From an uncultured Candidatus Entotheonella sp. (GTDB taxonomy: Bacteria; Tectomicrobia; Entotheonellia; Entotheonellales; Entotheonellaceae), in assembly GCA_965215335.1 (NCBI GenBank), contig CBDCDA010000002.1:928001-992000 (forward strand): 64,000 bases of DNA, given 5' to 3'. Within the stretch, counting starts at the first letter, position 1. The number at the start of each line of letters is the position of its first letter. The position numbers were made by a program, and so were the translations under genes. Positions 33,187-41,868 of the stretch are shown here, piece by piece. The notes beneath the pieces are model-generated. The model was not told where the DNA came from. It was given only the letters and a program-made list of their open reading frames with translations, and made no database searches.

Positions 33187-33980
33187 AGCGTGTCGACGAT
33201 CTTGCGCAGCCCCTCGCCGAGTTTCATCAGCGCCGCCTGGTAGATGAAGCGATCCCAGCCGATGCAGAAGTGTCGCACGCCCAGCTGCACGTAGTGCCTG
33301 GCCTGCTCCACATCGGCGATCTCCATGCGCGGCGGCACGCCGCAGGCGATGGATTTCCTGATGACCATTTCCTCGAAGGGGCGGATTTCCGGCGTGAACA
33401 TGAGGCCGGGGCTGCCCCGCGAGAAGCCGAAATCGGCCGGCCCCCACTGGTTCATGTCAACGCCCTTGTCCCTGGCTGCCTGCAGAATCGCGTCCAATTG
33501 GTCTACCGCCACGTCCTTCTCGATCATGATCAGCAACACGACCGATTGCAGGTCGTCCACATACCCGTCGGGGTTGTAGCTCGTCAGCGCCGGGCGGCGC
33601 AGCTTGACGCCCATGTGCCCGCCAACGTCCGGCATGTCGGCGCGGATCGCCTGGTGGCAAAGCTGCACGTCCTCTACGGTGCGGACGTCCGTAAACAGCA
33701 CCGCCTTGAACCCCGCCCCGATGGAGGCCTGGGCCCAGAACGCCTGACTGCGCTGGTCCGGCTTGATCATCAGCGGCAGGTTGCCGCACTGGCCGGCGCG
33801 CGCCATGTGGTAGAGCAGTTGCATGTCGAAGGCGCTGTACTCGGCGCAGAATTCGCCGTAGTCATACAGGCCGGTGTCGCCGATGATCTCGGGCAGGTCG
33901 GGATCGGACGACAGGTAATGGGTGCCGATGGTGGGTTTGCCGGCGTCCAGTTTCTCGCGCAGCGTGTTGGTCATGATCAT
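33183..33980 (-). CDS. HpcH/HpaI aldolase family protein
   Basis: NTLREKLDAGKPTIG, MIEK, WGPADF; GGAGG upstream. Confidence 0.8.
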   Translation of the reverse strand: MIMTNTLREKLDAGKPTIGTHYLSSDPDLPEIIGDTGLYDYGEFCAEYSAFDMQLLYHMARAGQCGNLPLMIKPDQRSQAFWAQASIGAGFKAVLFTDVRTVEDVQLCHQAIRADMPDVGGHMGVKLRRPALTSYNPDGYVDDLQSVVLLIMIEKDVAVDQLDAILQAARDKGVDMNQWGPADFGFSRGSPGLMFTPEIRPFEEMVIRKSIACGVPPRMEIADVEQARHYVQLGVRHFCIGWDRFIYQAALMKLGEGLRKIVDTL

Positions 33981-34162
33981 GGGGGCCGTTCCTTCCTCCG
34001 CAAAAAGGGCATGCCAGTGGGCAGGGTTGCCGGCAATCCGGCGTGGCCGCGTATTATCAGTTGCCAGCAACCTCTTGTAAACAATGTGATTGGAACCGCT
34101 TTCTTGCCAAAACCCGGTCTACGGAGTATAGTCCGGGTCTTTCTCGAAAAAGGGTTGGACGC

Positions 34163-34624
34163 ATGGCAGACAAGGGTGGCAAGAAAATCATCTGCGTCAA
34201 CAAGCGGGCACGCTTCGACTATGCGATCGACGAGGTTTGCGAAGCGGGTCTGGTCTTGCACGGGACGGAAGTCAAATCCCTGCGCGCCGGGCGGGCGACC
34301 TTGAAGGATGCTTACGCCGAGGTCCGCGACGGCGAGATGTTTTTGCTGCATGCGCACATCAATCAGTACGAGCAGGCCAATCGTTTTAATCACGAGCCTG
34401 AGCGGCCCCGCAAGCTCCTCCTGCACAAGCGGGAGATTCACCGGCTTGCCGGCAAGACGCAGGAGCGGGGGTTGACGCTGGTTCCGACCCGCATGTATTT
34501 CAGCCGCGGCAAGGCCAAGGTCGAGCTGGGGCTCGCCAAGGGCAAGCGGCAGTACGACAAGCGACAGGACATGAAACGCCGCGATGCGCAGCGCGACATC
34601 GCGCGGGCGCTGGCCGGTGAATAA
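34163..34624 (+). CDS. smpB: SsrA-binding protein
   Basis: NKRARFDY, EAGLVLHGTEVKSLR, RKLLLHKREI, GKRQYDKR; adjacent to tmRNA. Confidence 0.97.
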   Translation: MADKGGKKIICVNKRARFDYAIDEVCEAGLVLHGTEVKSLRAGRATLKDAYAEVRDGEMFLLHAHINQYEQANRFNHEPERPRKLLLHKREIHRLAGKTQERGLTLVPTRMYFSRGKAKVELGLAKGKRQYDKRQDMKRRDAQRDIARALAGE

Positions 34625-34631
34625 CCAGCAA

Positions 34632-34992
34632 GGGGGCGAAAGGATTTCGACGGGGGTACATGACGTTACGGTTGCATGCCGAGGACTCCGCTGGCCTCGT
34701 TAAAAAGCGGAACAAAACATAATCGCCAACGATTATGAGGTAGCTCTGGCCGCTTAATCCCGGCCAGCGTCTCCCTGTCACCCGCCCACGGTGTCAGGCC
34801 CAGGCGTCACGATGTGGGATAGCCCGTTGTTCTCCCCGCCTGGGGAGAGCGCGGTGCGAAATCTAATCCAGGCTAGCGTCTTCCTTGCCCGGCCGGGGAG
34901 GTCGGGAAGAGGCGAAATCATTTTCCCTGGACAAGCATGTAGAGACTGTGACCGAAGGCTTTCGGACGCGGGTTCGATTCCCGCCGCCTCCA
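34632..34992 (+). ncRNA. ssrA: tmRNA; tag reading frame 34725..34757 = ANDYEVALAA*
   Basis: 5' GGGGGCGAAAGGATTTCGAC; 3' GGTTCGATTCCCGCCGCCTCCA with G3-U acceptor pair; tag ending ALAA. Confidence 0.96.
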
Positions 34993-35038
34993 TTCTCCTT
35001 CCTGTTCACGACACCCGCTTGAAAAGCCACAACCCGGC

Positions 35039-35544
35039 GTGGTTACTAGCCCTGACGAGGCCACGCCCATCAACCCCTCACCATCCGAACCCCATCCAGA
35101 CACCACCCGTTCATCGTCCATTAGTGCCCAATTAGTGCCCGATGAACGGGCGCTCCAACACGTCATAGCGGCTTGGCCCGCCCTATCCGCGGAAAATCGG
35201 CAGCGCATTCTTGCGATTGTCCACGAAAGGAGTGCGCCATGATGAAGGAGGTGGGTCGGCAGGGCTCGGCAGTTAAGGTGGGTAAAGAGATAGGGGCGCC
35301 CAGATTTGAACCCACTTCCGTGATCGACGCGAAACCACAGATCGACCACAACTGGCCGCAGTCCGTAATCATCCTACCACCGATTCGACAGCCGAACCCC
35401 AGCCTGACGACACCCAGACACATGAATTGTATGCCAATGTCCGGGTACGCGGCCTTGGCAGGCGTGGTCGCCGCTTGGCCCAGTCTATCTTCGGAAGACC
35501 AGCAGCGCATTCTGGCGATCGTCCAAGGAAGGAGTGCGCCTTGA
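35039..35544 (+). repeat. two diverged copies (~35160-35242, ~35462-35544) of a short coding motif VxAAWPxLSxExxQRILAIV
   Basis: gcttggccc...cagcgcattctxgcgatxgtcca...aaggagtgcgcc.tga occurs twice about 302 bp apart. Confidence 0.7.
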
Positions 35545-35667
35545 GAGAGGAGATCGTAGGAACCGACGGGACCCATTAGAAATACGATGGGCGAAAAAAT
35601 AACTGCCCTCATTCTGGCCGGAATAAGGGCAGCAAGTCGAACAACCAGATACGTAAGGAAATATACC

Positions 35668-36213
35668 ATGCAGCGGAAGGAGACGCCATCTCAAATCGTC
35701 ATGGGTCCACAGATGTTCAAGGACACCCTCTACGGCGACACCGAAACCGGCTGGCTCACCATCTTCTACACCCCCAGCCGCCGAACCGTCTGGTTTCCCG
35801 TCACCGATCCCGTTCCCGCCCTCGATCTTGAGCAGAATTGCTACCTCGGCCTGGGCATCCGGCGACAACGACCGGACAACGGTGGAGGACGCGGCAAGAC
35901 CGAGGACATCATCGGCGTCCCCGGCCTGTGGCTCGACCTCGACTACCAAAGCCCCGGCGCCCACAAGACGCGGCATCCATTACCGCCAAGCGAAGACGCG
36001 GCCCTGTCCCTGCTTGGCGCCGCGCCCTACAAGCCGTCCCTCATGGTCCACTCCGGCCACGGCTTCCAGGTCTATTGGCTGTTCAAGGAAATCACCTGCT
36101 TCGATACCAGGGACGGCCGGGATGCCTTCACCCGACTGTGCCGCGGCTGGCAACGACTTTTCCAGCAGGCCGGGCGTGACAAGGGCTGGCACGTGGACAG
36201 CACTGCCGACCTA
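35668..36213 (+). pseudogene. N-terminal fragment of a RepB'/AEP-type primase, truncated by IS5
   Basis: LWLDLD and HSGHGFQVYW primase motifs; frame runs into the IS left end. Confidence 0.7.
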
Positions 36214-37056
36214 GGCTCAGGACCTATAAAAGGGTATCATTGATCATGTAGGATTCAAGACCCTAACTTCATAAGGAGGTTCATCATGCCCGATCACTGC
36301 TTCTGGCTATCCGACGTGCAGTTTGCCCGCCTGAAACCCCTGCTACCCACCAAGGTGCGGGGCGTCCCACGCGTCGATGACCGAAAAGTCATCAGCGGCA
36401 TCATCCACGTCATTCGATACGGTCTGATGTGGCGCCACGCGCCCGCCTGCTACGGTCCCCACAAGACGCTCTACAACCGCTTCGTGCGCTGGAGCAAGGC
36501 CGGTGTCTTCGACCGCATCTTCCAAACCTTGGCCGCCGACAGCACGGCCACCGAGACCGTCATGATCGACAGCACGCATCTCAAGGCGCATCGCACCGCT
36601 GCCAGCCTGCTTGAGGGGGGGCTTTTCCGCGTCATATCGGGCGTACCCGAGGCGGCCTCAACTCGAAACTTCACGCCGTCTGCGACGGCGACGGCAAGCC
36701 CGTCGTCATGGTGTTGACTGCGGGCCAGGTCAGCGACTATCGCGGGGCGGACATGGCGCTGCCCGCATTGCCGGAGGCCGACGTGCTGATTGCCGACAAG
36801 GGTTATGACAGCAACCGGCTGCGCAAGGCGCTTGCCGAGCGCAAGATCAAGCCCTGTATTCCAGGCCGTGCCAATCGTAAAGAGCCGATTGTCTACGACA
36901 CGGAGCTCTACAAGAGCCGTAATCTCATCGAGCGCCTGTTCGGTCGTCTCAAGGATTGGCGTCGCATCGCCACGCGCTATGACCGGTGTGCGCACACCTT
37001 TTTCAGTGCCATCTGCCTTGCTGCCACGGTCATCTTCTGGATATGAGTCCTGAACC
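36214..37056 (+). mobile_element. IS5-family (IS427-like) element, 843 bp
   Basis: terminal IRs ggctcaggacctat / atgagtcctgaacc, TA on both flanks; orfA 36286..36717 and orfB 36708..37046 joined by a likely -1 frameshift at GAGGGGGGG; IDST, ADKGYD, IERLF..LK. Confidence 0.9.
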
Positions 37057-37935
37057 TAAATAGGTCACGGTAATCTGTTCGCGCCCATGCCCCATCTCCG
37101 CACTGATGACACGCCGCGCCCGCTCGTCCAATGCTTTCTCGCGTGAGGGCAGGTCCCGGGTCGACGGCCCACCCGCCAGCGGACACGGCCAGCCGGTCAG
37201 TTCCTCATAACGCGCCTGCGCATAGGCGTGCCGCAACCCGTGCGGACGGCGTATCCCGGCCTTGTACGTCTGCCGTTCGTAGACCTTGATATGCTGGTAG
37301 TACGTTGCCGTCGGAATGAGCGAGCGCTCGGGCGTCGTCCTGGCCAGTTCCCTGGCCCGCTCCACCAGGTCGCGCTGTTCGGGCGTGCGGATGGGAACCT
37401 CGCGTTGGCGCCTTCCTTTGCACCAGGAGCCTTGCAGGACCAGGCTGTCGCCCTGGTCGGCCTCGTGCGGTCTTATCTTCGTGGCTTCCTCGCGCCGCAT
37501 GCCGAATTTCTCCTCGAACGCCAGGCTGATGCGGACATACGGACTCGGTACTTGCTCCAACATCTCCGGCGTGAGCCTGAAAGCCTTCGAGTGCTTCGCA
37601 CCATGCGAGCGGTCCGGGATGCCCAACTCGGCATTGGTGCGCGGCACCAGGTTCGGTTTGCCGATCTTGGCCGCCAGCCAGCGAACCGTGGACATACGGC
37701 CCTTGATCGTCACGATCGCCAACTCCTTTTCCAGCCAGTGACGGACCAGGGCATCGAGGTGCTTGCGCTTGAAATTGCCCGGCGACAGATGCCGGTACCC
37801 CATCTCCGAGAGTTCACGCGCCATGATGTGCAGGTGAGAGGCCCGGTTCGCCTGCGTCCCCGCACTGCCCTCGCGGTTGTTGGCCGCCTCGAACTTGTGA
37901 AACAGGTACTTGTTATTGGGCTTGTTGCCCGCCAT
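37030..37935 (-). CDS. tyrosine recombinase (Integrase_1-like); last 7-8 residues supplied by IS5
   Basis: catalytic R (FGMRREE), HGLRH, MGH, Y (ITVTYL); SAM-like N-terminal domain. Confidence 0.85.
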   Translation of the reverse strand: MAGNKPNNKYLFHKFEAANNREGSAGTQANRASHLHIMARELSEMGYRHLSPGNFKRKHLDALVRHWLEKELAIVTIKGRMSTVRWLAAKIGKPNLVPRTNAELGIPDRSHGAKHSKAFRLTPEMLEQVPSPYVRISLAFEEKFGMRREEATKIRPHEADQGDSLVLQGSWCKGRRQREVPIRTPEQRDLVERARELARTTPERSLIPTATYYQHIKVYERQTYKAGIRRPHGLRHAYAQARYEELTGWPCPLAGGPSTRDLPSREKALDERARRVISAEMGHGREQITVTYLGSGLISRR

Positions 37936-38780
37936 CAGGCGCACCCCTGACCTTCGTTTTTCAGCCCGAAAAGAGCTCGGAACGCTGCCGGATTGTCGCT
38001 GCGCTCAGTGTTGCTGGTCACAAGCCCTGACGTATCAGAGCGCGTACGGTAAACCGCCAACAGCGTGCAAACCGTTACTTCCGCTAAGGAAGCAGACCAG
38101 CTCAGTCCCGAAGGACTCGTTTGGGATAACCCGTCCTGCCCCGACAGCCTGGTGGCCGAGGGAAGCAGGGAAAAAAGTTGAGGGTCAGCCATTTTGGCTA
38201 CGCCGTTGTTTGGCGTTTTTTCCCCAAAATGACGTTTGCGGCCCTTTATAAATCCATAAGGCTCCTTTATTCAGTCAGTTAGCGTTTCAAGGCGCGGCGT
38301 TTCCGGGCGTCGTCTCTACCCGCTCGCTGGCGCTCACGGTAGAGACGACGCTGGCGCGCCGTAGCAGCAAGGCGTGGCGGCTGGACGCCGCCGCCTTGCC
38401 TGCGCCCCTGGACGGGGCGCCCGGGCTGTTGTCGGCTGGACGCCGCCAGGAGGCGCCTTGGGGCGCCCGGAAAGAACGCGCCGCTGGACGCGGCACGCAA
38501 ACCGTGACGGCACCGGATGCCGCCACCATGACCGGCGGTTGCCCGCCGGCCGTCGGTCATGCCGTCAGACGGCACGGCAGAGAAGCCCCTACGCGCCGAC
38601 CGGCGCCGCCACGGGCAGGCAGCCGCCCATGTCCCTGCCAACCTCCGGGTCTTCCCCGAAGTCCCGGCAGGCATACCAGGCATACACGGTGCGGCGCTCC
38701 CACTCGCGGCACGCCCGGCACCGCAAGGGAACCGCCGAATCGCGACACGCCGCACAGGCGAATACCACCCGCGTGCAGCT

Positions 38781-38846
38781 TCATTCAATCGTGTCGGTCA
38801 TAACCTCGTGGCATCCAACACACGATCCTTCTACAGGATCCATCAT
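38781..38846 (-). CDS. 21-aa peptide MMDPVEGSCVGCHEVMTDTIE
   Basis: AAGGAG within repeat copy 1, ATG in the same position as the start codons behind the other three copies. Confidence 0.45.
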   Translation of the reverse strand: MMDPVEGSCVGCHEVMTDTIE

Positions 38847-38848
38847 TT

Positions 38849-38929
38849 TCCGCTCCTTCTCACAAGAGCGGACCGGCAAGGCAATTGCCCCGGCCCACTC
38901 CGCAACGACGTGGACAGGGGCTTTGCCCC
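38849..38929 (-). promoter_or_regulatory. structured leader repeat, copy 1
   Basis: GGGGCAAAGCCCC-TGTCCAC..GTGGGC-CGGGGCAATTGCCTTGCCGG-TCCGCTC..AAGGAGCGGA then ATG. Confidence 0.75.
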
Positions 38930-38955
38930 AATGTCATGGCGCCCCCACTGGACGC

Positions 38956-40068
38956 TCAGTCTTTCTCGGGCGCCACAAGGGCATAAACCCCCGCGCACCC
39001 CGTCAAGCCTTCAACGACCACGAGCACCGGCGAGAACTTCATGCGCACGTGCATCACGCCGGACAGTTGTTCCAAGGCGTCGCTCAGGTACCTGCCGTTG
39101 AAGACAACCGGCGGTCCCACCCCTTCCACCGTCGCCTTTACGCACTCGACAGCCACGATGTCTTCCGCCGCATTCTTCATGCTCAGCATCACACCGTCTT
39201 CGTTCACCTGCACCCGAATGGGTACGACTCGAAGGCCAGACCCCAAGGCAAGCAATCGGCAACAGGCCGCCGCCAACGCTGACCTCGATGCCGCAACGCT
39301 GCCACCAAATTCACTCGGTATCGCTGTCTCGTAGTCCGGGTACCGACCTTCCATCAGATCGGCCCACAGCAACACCGAGCCGGCACGAACCGCCGCGACC
39401 TTTTCGTACACCTCCAGAGTCACCGTGCTGTTCAGCCGGACCCCCTCGGTCAGAAGCCGCACCGGAAGAATCCCGGACACCCGTTCACTCGTCTCGACGG
39501 CGCTCCCCGCTGGAAGCGCCGTTTCATGATGCGCCAGCCGGTGTCCGTCCGTCCCGACCAGCTTCACCTTGCGATCTCCGACCTCGAAGTACACCCCGCC
39601 CAACGTGTAGCGGGTTTCGTCCCTCGACACCGCGTAAGCAACCTGCCGCACCAGCGGCGCCGTTACCGGTATCGAGGCAAGGCGTCCCATCGCCGGCGCA
39701 TCGATCTCCGGAAATTCCCGGGGATCGAACCCGGCCATCCGAACCTCCGACGAACTGGATGCCAACACGACCTCGTATCCTTCATCGCCGTCAAGTTCCC
39801 TGTGGAGCGCTACACGACTCTGCGGCATCGTCTTCAACACCTTCTCGAAGCCGCGGACGGGAACGGCTACCGTCCCCGGTCGCGGCGTCCGGGCATCCAC
39901 CTCGATCTGACACCACAAGCTCAGATCCGTTGCCGTCAACCTGGCCCGACCAAAGCCCGCCGACATCACGACGTGCTGCAACGCCTTCGGTCCCGAAGGA
40001 CGCTCCGCGAAGTTCTTCAGCGTGCTGACCGCCTTCCACATCTGGCGCCTGTCAACGTTGATTTCCAT
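38956..40068 (-). CDS. dnaN: divergent DNA polymerase III beta sliding clamp (element-borne copy)
   Basis: LTATDL, EFPEI, YAVSRDETRYTLGGV, VGTDGHRL, EGRYPDY, FNGRYLSDAL; 370 aa. Confidence 0.85.
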   Translation of the reverse strand: MEINVDRRQMWKAVSTLKNFAERPSGPKALQHVVMSAGFGRARLTATDLSLWCQIEVDARTPRPGTVAVPVRGFEKVLKTMPQSRVALHRELDGDEGYEVVLASSSSEVRMAGFDPREFPEIDAPAMGRLASIPVTAPLVRQVAYAVSRDETRYTLGGVYFEVGDRKVKLVGTDGHRLAHHETALPAGSAVETSERVSGILPVRLLTEGVRLNSTVTLEVYEKVAAVRAGSVLLWADLMEGRYPDYETAIPSEFGGSVAASRSALAAACCRLLALGSGLRVVPIRVQVNEDGVMLSMKNAAEDIVAVECVKATVEGVGPPVVFNGRYLSDALEQLSGVMHVRMKFSPVLVVVEGLTGCAGVYALVAPEKD

Positions 40069-40072
40069 TGCT

Positions 40073-40157
40073 TCCGCTCCTTTCCGTTCGGAGCGGACCG
40101 GCAGGGCATGCGCCCCCCGGCCCACTCCGCATCCAAGTGGACAGGGGACGATGCCCC
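40073..40157 (-). promoter_or_regulatory. structured leader repeat, copy 2
   Basis: same four-hairpin layout, ending AAAGGAGCGGAAGCA-ATG of dnaN. Confidence 0.75.
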
Positions 40158-40214
40158 AGGATTCAGGCCGGGCTGGTGCCCGGGACCCTTCAGCGTTCGT
40201 TCATTCCAGAAACG

Positions 40215-40433
40215 TCAACAATCCTCGGCGTGCTTGCTCAAAAAGACTTCGTAGCGTTCCCTTGTCTCAGCGAGATGATTCCGCTGGACGTGCAGCCCGC
40301 GAAGCCTGGCTTCCCGGTCGGCGAGGTCCGCCTCGCAGGAAGCAATTGCCTCCACAACCTCTTGCAGGTCGCAACACACATCATCGAGAGCCGCCCGGTA
40401 CGCGGCCCTGTTCATGGCCATGAGTCGATCCAT
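40215..40433 (-). CDS. small coiled-coil protein of unknown function
   Basis: 72 aa, heptad-like; ATG directly follows repeat copy 3. Confidence 0.65.
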   Translation of the reverse strand: MDRLMAMNRAAYRAALDDVCCDLQEVVEAIASCEADLADREARLRGLHVQRNHLAETRERYEVFLSKHAEDC

Positions 40434-40519
40434 GGTCCGCTCCTTTCCATTCCAGAGCGGACCGGCAGGGCAATGGCCCCCGTCCGCTCCGCAAACGAGT
40501 GGACAGGGGGATTGCCCCC
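40434..40519 (-). promoter_or_regulatory. structured leader repeat, copy 3
   Basis: same layout, ending AAAGGAGCGGACC-ATG. Confidence 0.75.
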
Positions 40520-40699
40520 AACAATTCGTTATGGACGCCTGGCAAGGTCACCCGACACCAGACGCCCGCGCTCCGTAACCTCCAGCACGCCGCCGGTTTC
40601 AGACAGCAAACCAGCTGCTACAAGCTCCCTTGGCCCCGATTCATCCACACCATCGCAGGGCGTCCTGAGATCAGCCAGCCGGGAGCAAAGACCTTCTCC

Positions 40700-41623
40700 T
40701 CACGCCTCAGCTTCAGCCAATTCGGCCGCCGCCTCGACTGCCTCGACGCCGGAGCTACCCGTGATGTAGTCCGCCGCCTTCTGGGCCTGAGCCCCGGCGA
40801 CGACCAGCGCCTTTGGGTCTTCTTTCAAGAAGTTCAGCCAGTGCTCGATGTACCCGACCGAATTGCGAAGGGTCGGGTCGCTGATGCCGGCGATCGCGCA
40901 CAGAAACGCGGCGCCCATTTCAGCGACCAATTCTTCCCGCGAATACGTCGGGCTTCCAAACGGCGCAGCCTCGTAGACCGTTGCCCTGTCCAGCCGCTTC
41001 GGGTGCCCGGTGCTATGGACGAGTTCATGGAACAACGTCGCATAGTGTTCCTCCGACGAAACAAAGCTGTGCCTCGGCGGTAGCTGCACCTTGTCTGCCA
41101 CGCTGGAGTAGCAAGCCTCCGAGCCCCCGTAATGAATCGCCGGCGGCTCAGGCATCTTCGCCACGATTTCCTTACAGGCCCCGATAGGCTCCACGTGCTC
41201 GCCTTCGGAACCTCGATGCTTCTCCCGAAACTTCTCGATCCCAGGACCCTCGCATTGCTCGAGATTGATCACCCGGTAGACTCGCATGATGAGCCGCGTC
41301 TTGCGCTTTGGTGTCGCTTCTTCTTCCTCGCCGTCAAGGTCTGCCACCTTCGGTCGCCAAGGCTTCCAAAAATGAATCCAGCTGACGCGCTGACCCTTGC
41401 GGATGTGCGCATCGAGGGAATTGACCTGACGAGGCGTGAACCAGTACGGCGATGCGTATCCTGCAAGACTCAACAGAAACACGTTCAACCCCCTGTAGAA
41501 ACGACCGCTGATTCCGTTCCGCGGCGCCCCGACTTTCGGGTCCCAGGGCTGCTGCCACGGAATCACCCCTTGCTTCAACAACGTCTCCACCTGCTCGAAA
41601 ATCCTGCCGTATATCGTGTTCAT
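40700..41623 (-). CDS. ardC: ArdC-family antirestriction/ssDNA-binding protein with zincin-like domain
   Basis: IPWQQPW, PRN..SGRFYRGLN, TLFHELVHSTGH (HExxH), YSREELVAE. Confidence 0.9.
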   Translation of the reverse strand: MNTIYGRIFEQVETLLKQGVIPWQQPWDPKVGAPRNGISGRFYRGLNVFLLSLAGYASPYWFTPRQVNSLDAHIRKGQRVSWIHFWKPWRPKVADLDGEEEEATPKRKTRLIMRVYRVINLEQCEGPGIEKFREKHRGSEGEHVEPIGACKEIVAKMPEPPAIHYGGSEACYSSVADKVQLPPRHSFVSSEEHYATLFHELVHSTGHPKRLDRATVYEAAPFGSPTYSREELVAEMGAAFLCAIAGISDPTLRNSVGYIEHWLNFLKEDPKALVVAGAQAQKAADYITGSSGVEAVEAAAELAEAEA

Positions 41624-41702
41624 GGTCTGCCCTTTCAGCAGAGCAGACCGGCAGGCTCACCGCCCCGGTCCACTCTGCGAAGTGGACAGGGCTGGTTGCC
41701 CC
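41624..41702 (-). promoter_or_regulatory. structured leader repeat, copy 4
   Basis: same layout with compensatory changes, ending AAAGGGCAGACC-ATG of ardC. Confidence 0.75.
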
Positions 41703-41868
41703 GTTCGCTTACCTGGTAAGGATCAGATCATCAACGCGCTTTTCCAGGCTCTGGAATCGCGCGTTGGCACGCTCCGGTCACCGGGTCGAAACGATCATCC
41801 AGACGCCTCGCGTACGCATCGAACCGACCTCTTCTCACGTGGTCTTTTCAGCCACGTCCTCTCTCTCC

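Noticed and set aside
35291..35313. Additional tRNA gene
   Set aside because: Only a degenerate T-loop/acceptor-like fragment; no D or anticodon arm.
38849..41702. Four-copy repeat as a CRISPR array or integron attC sites
   Set aside because: Copies are separated by whole genes, no cas genes are present, and the RYYYAAC/GTTRRRY attC boundaries are absent; the repeats sit 5' of genes and contain the RBS.
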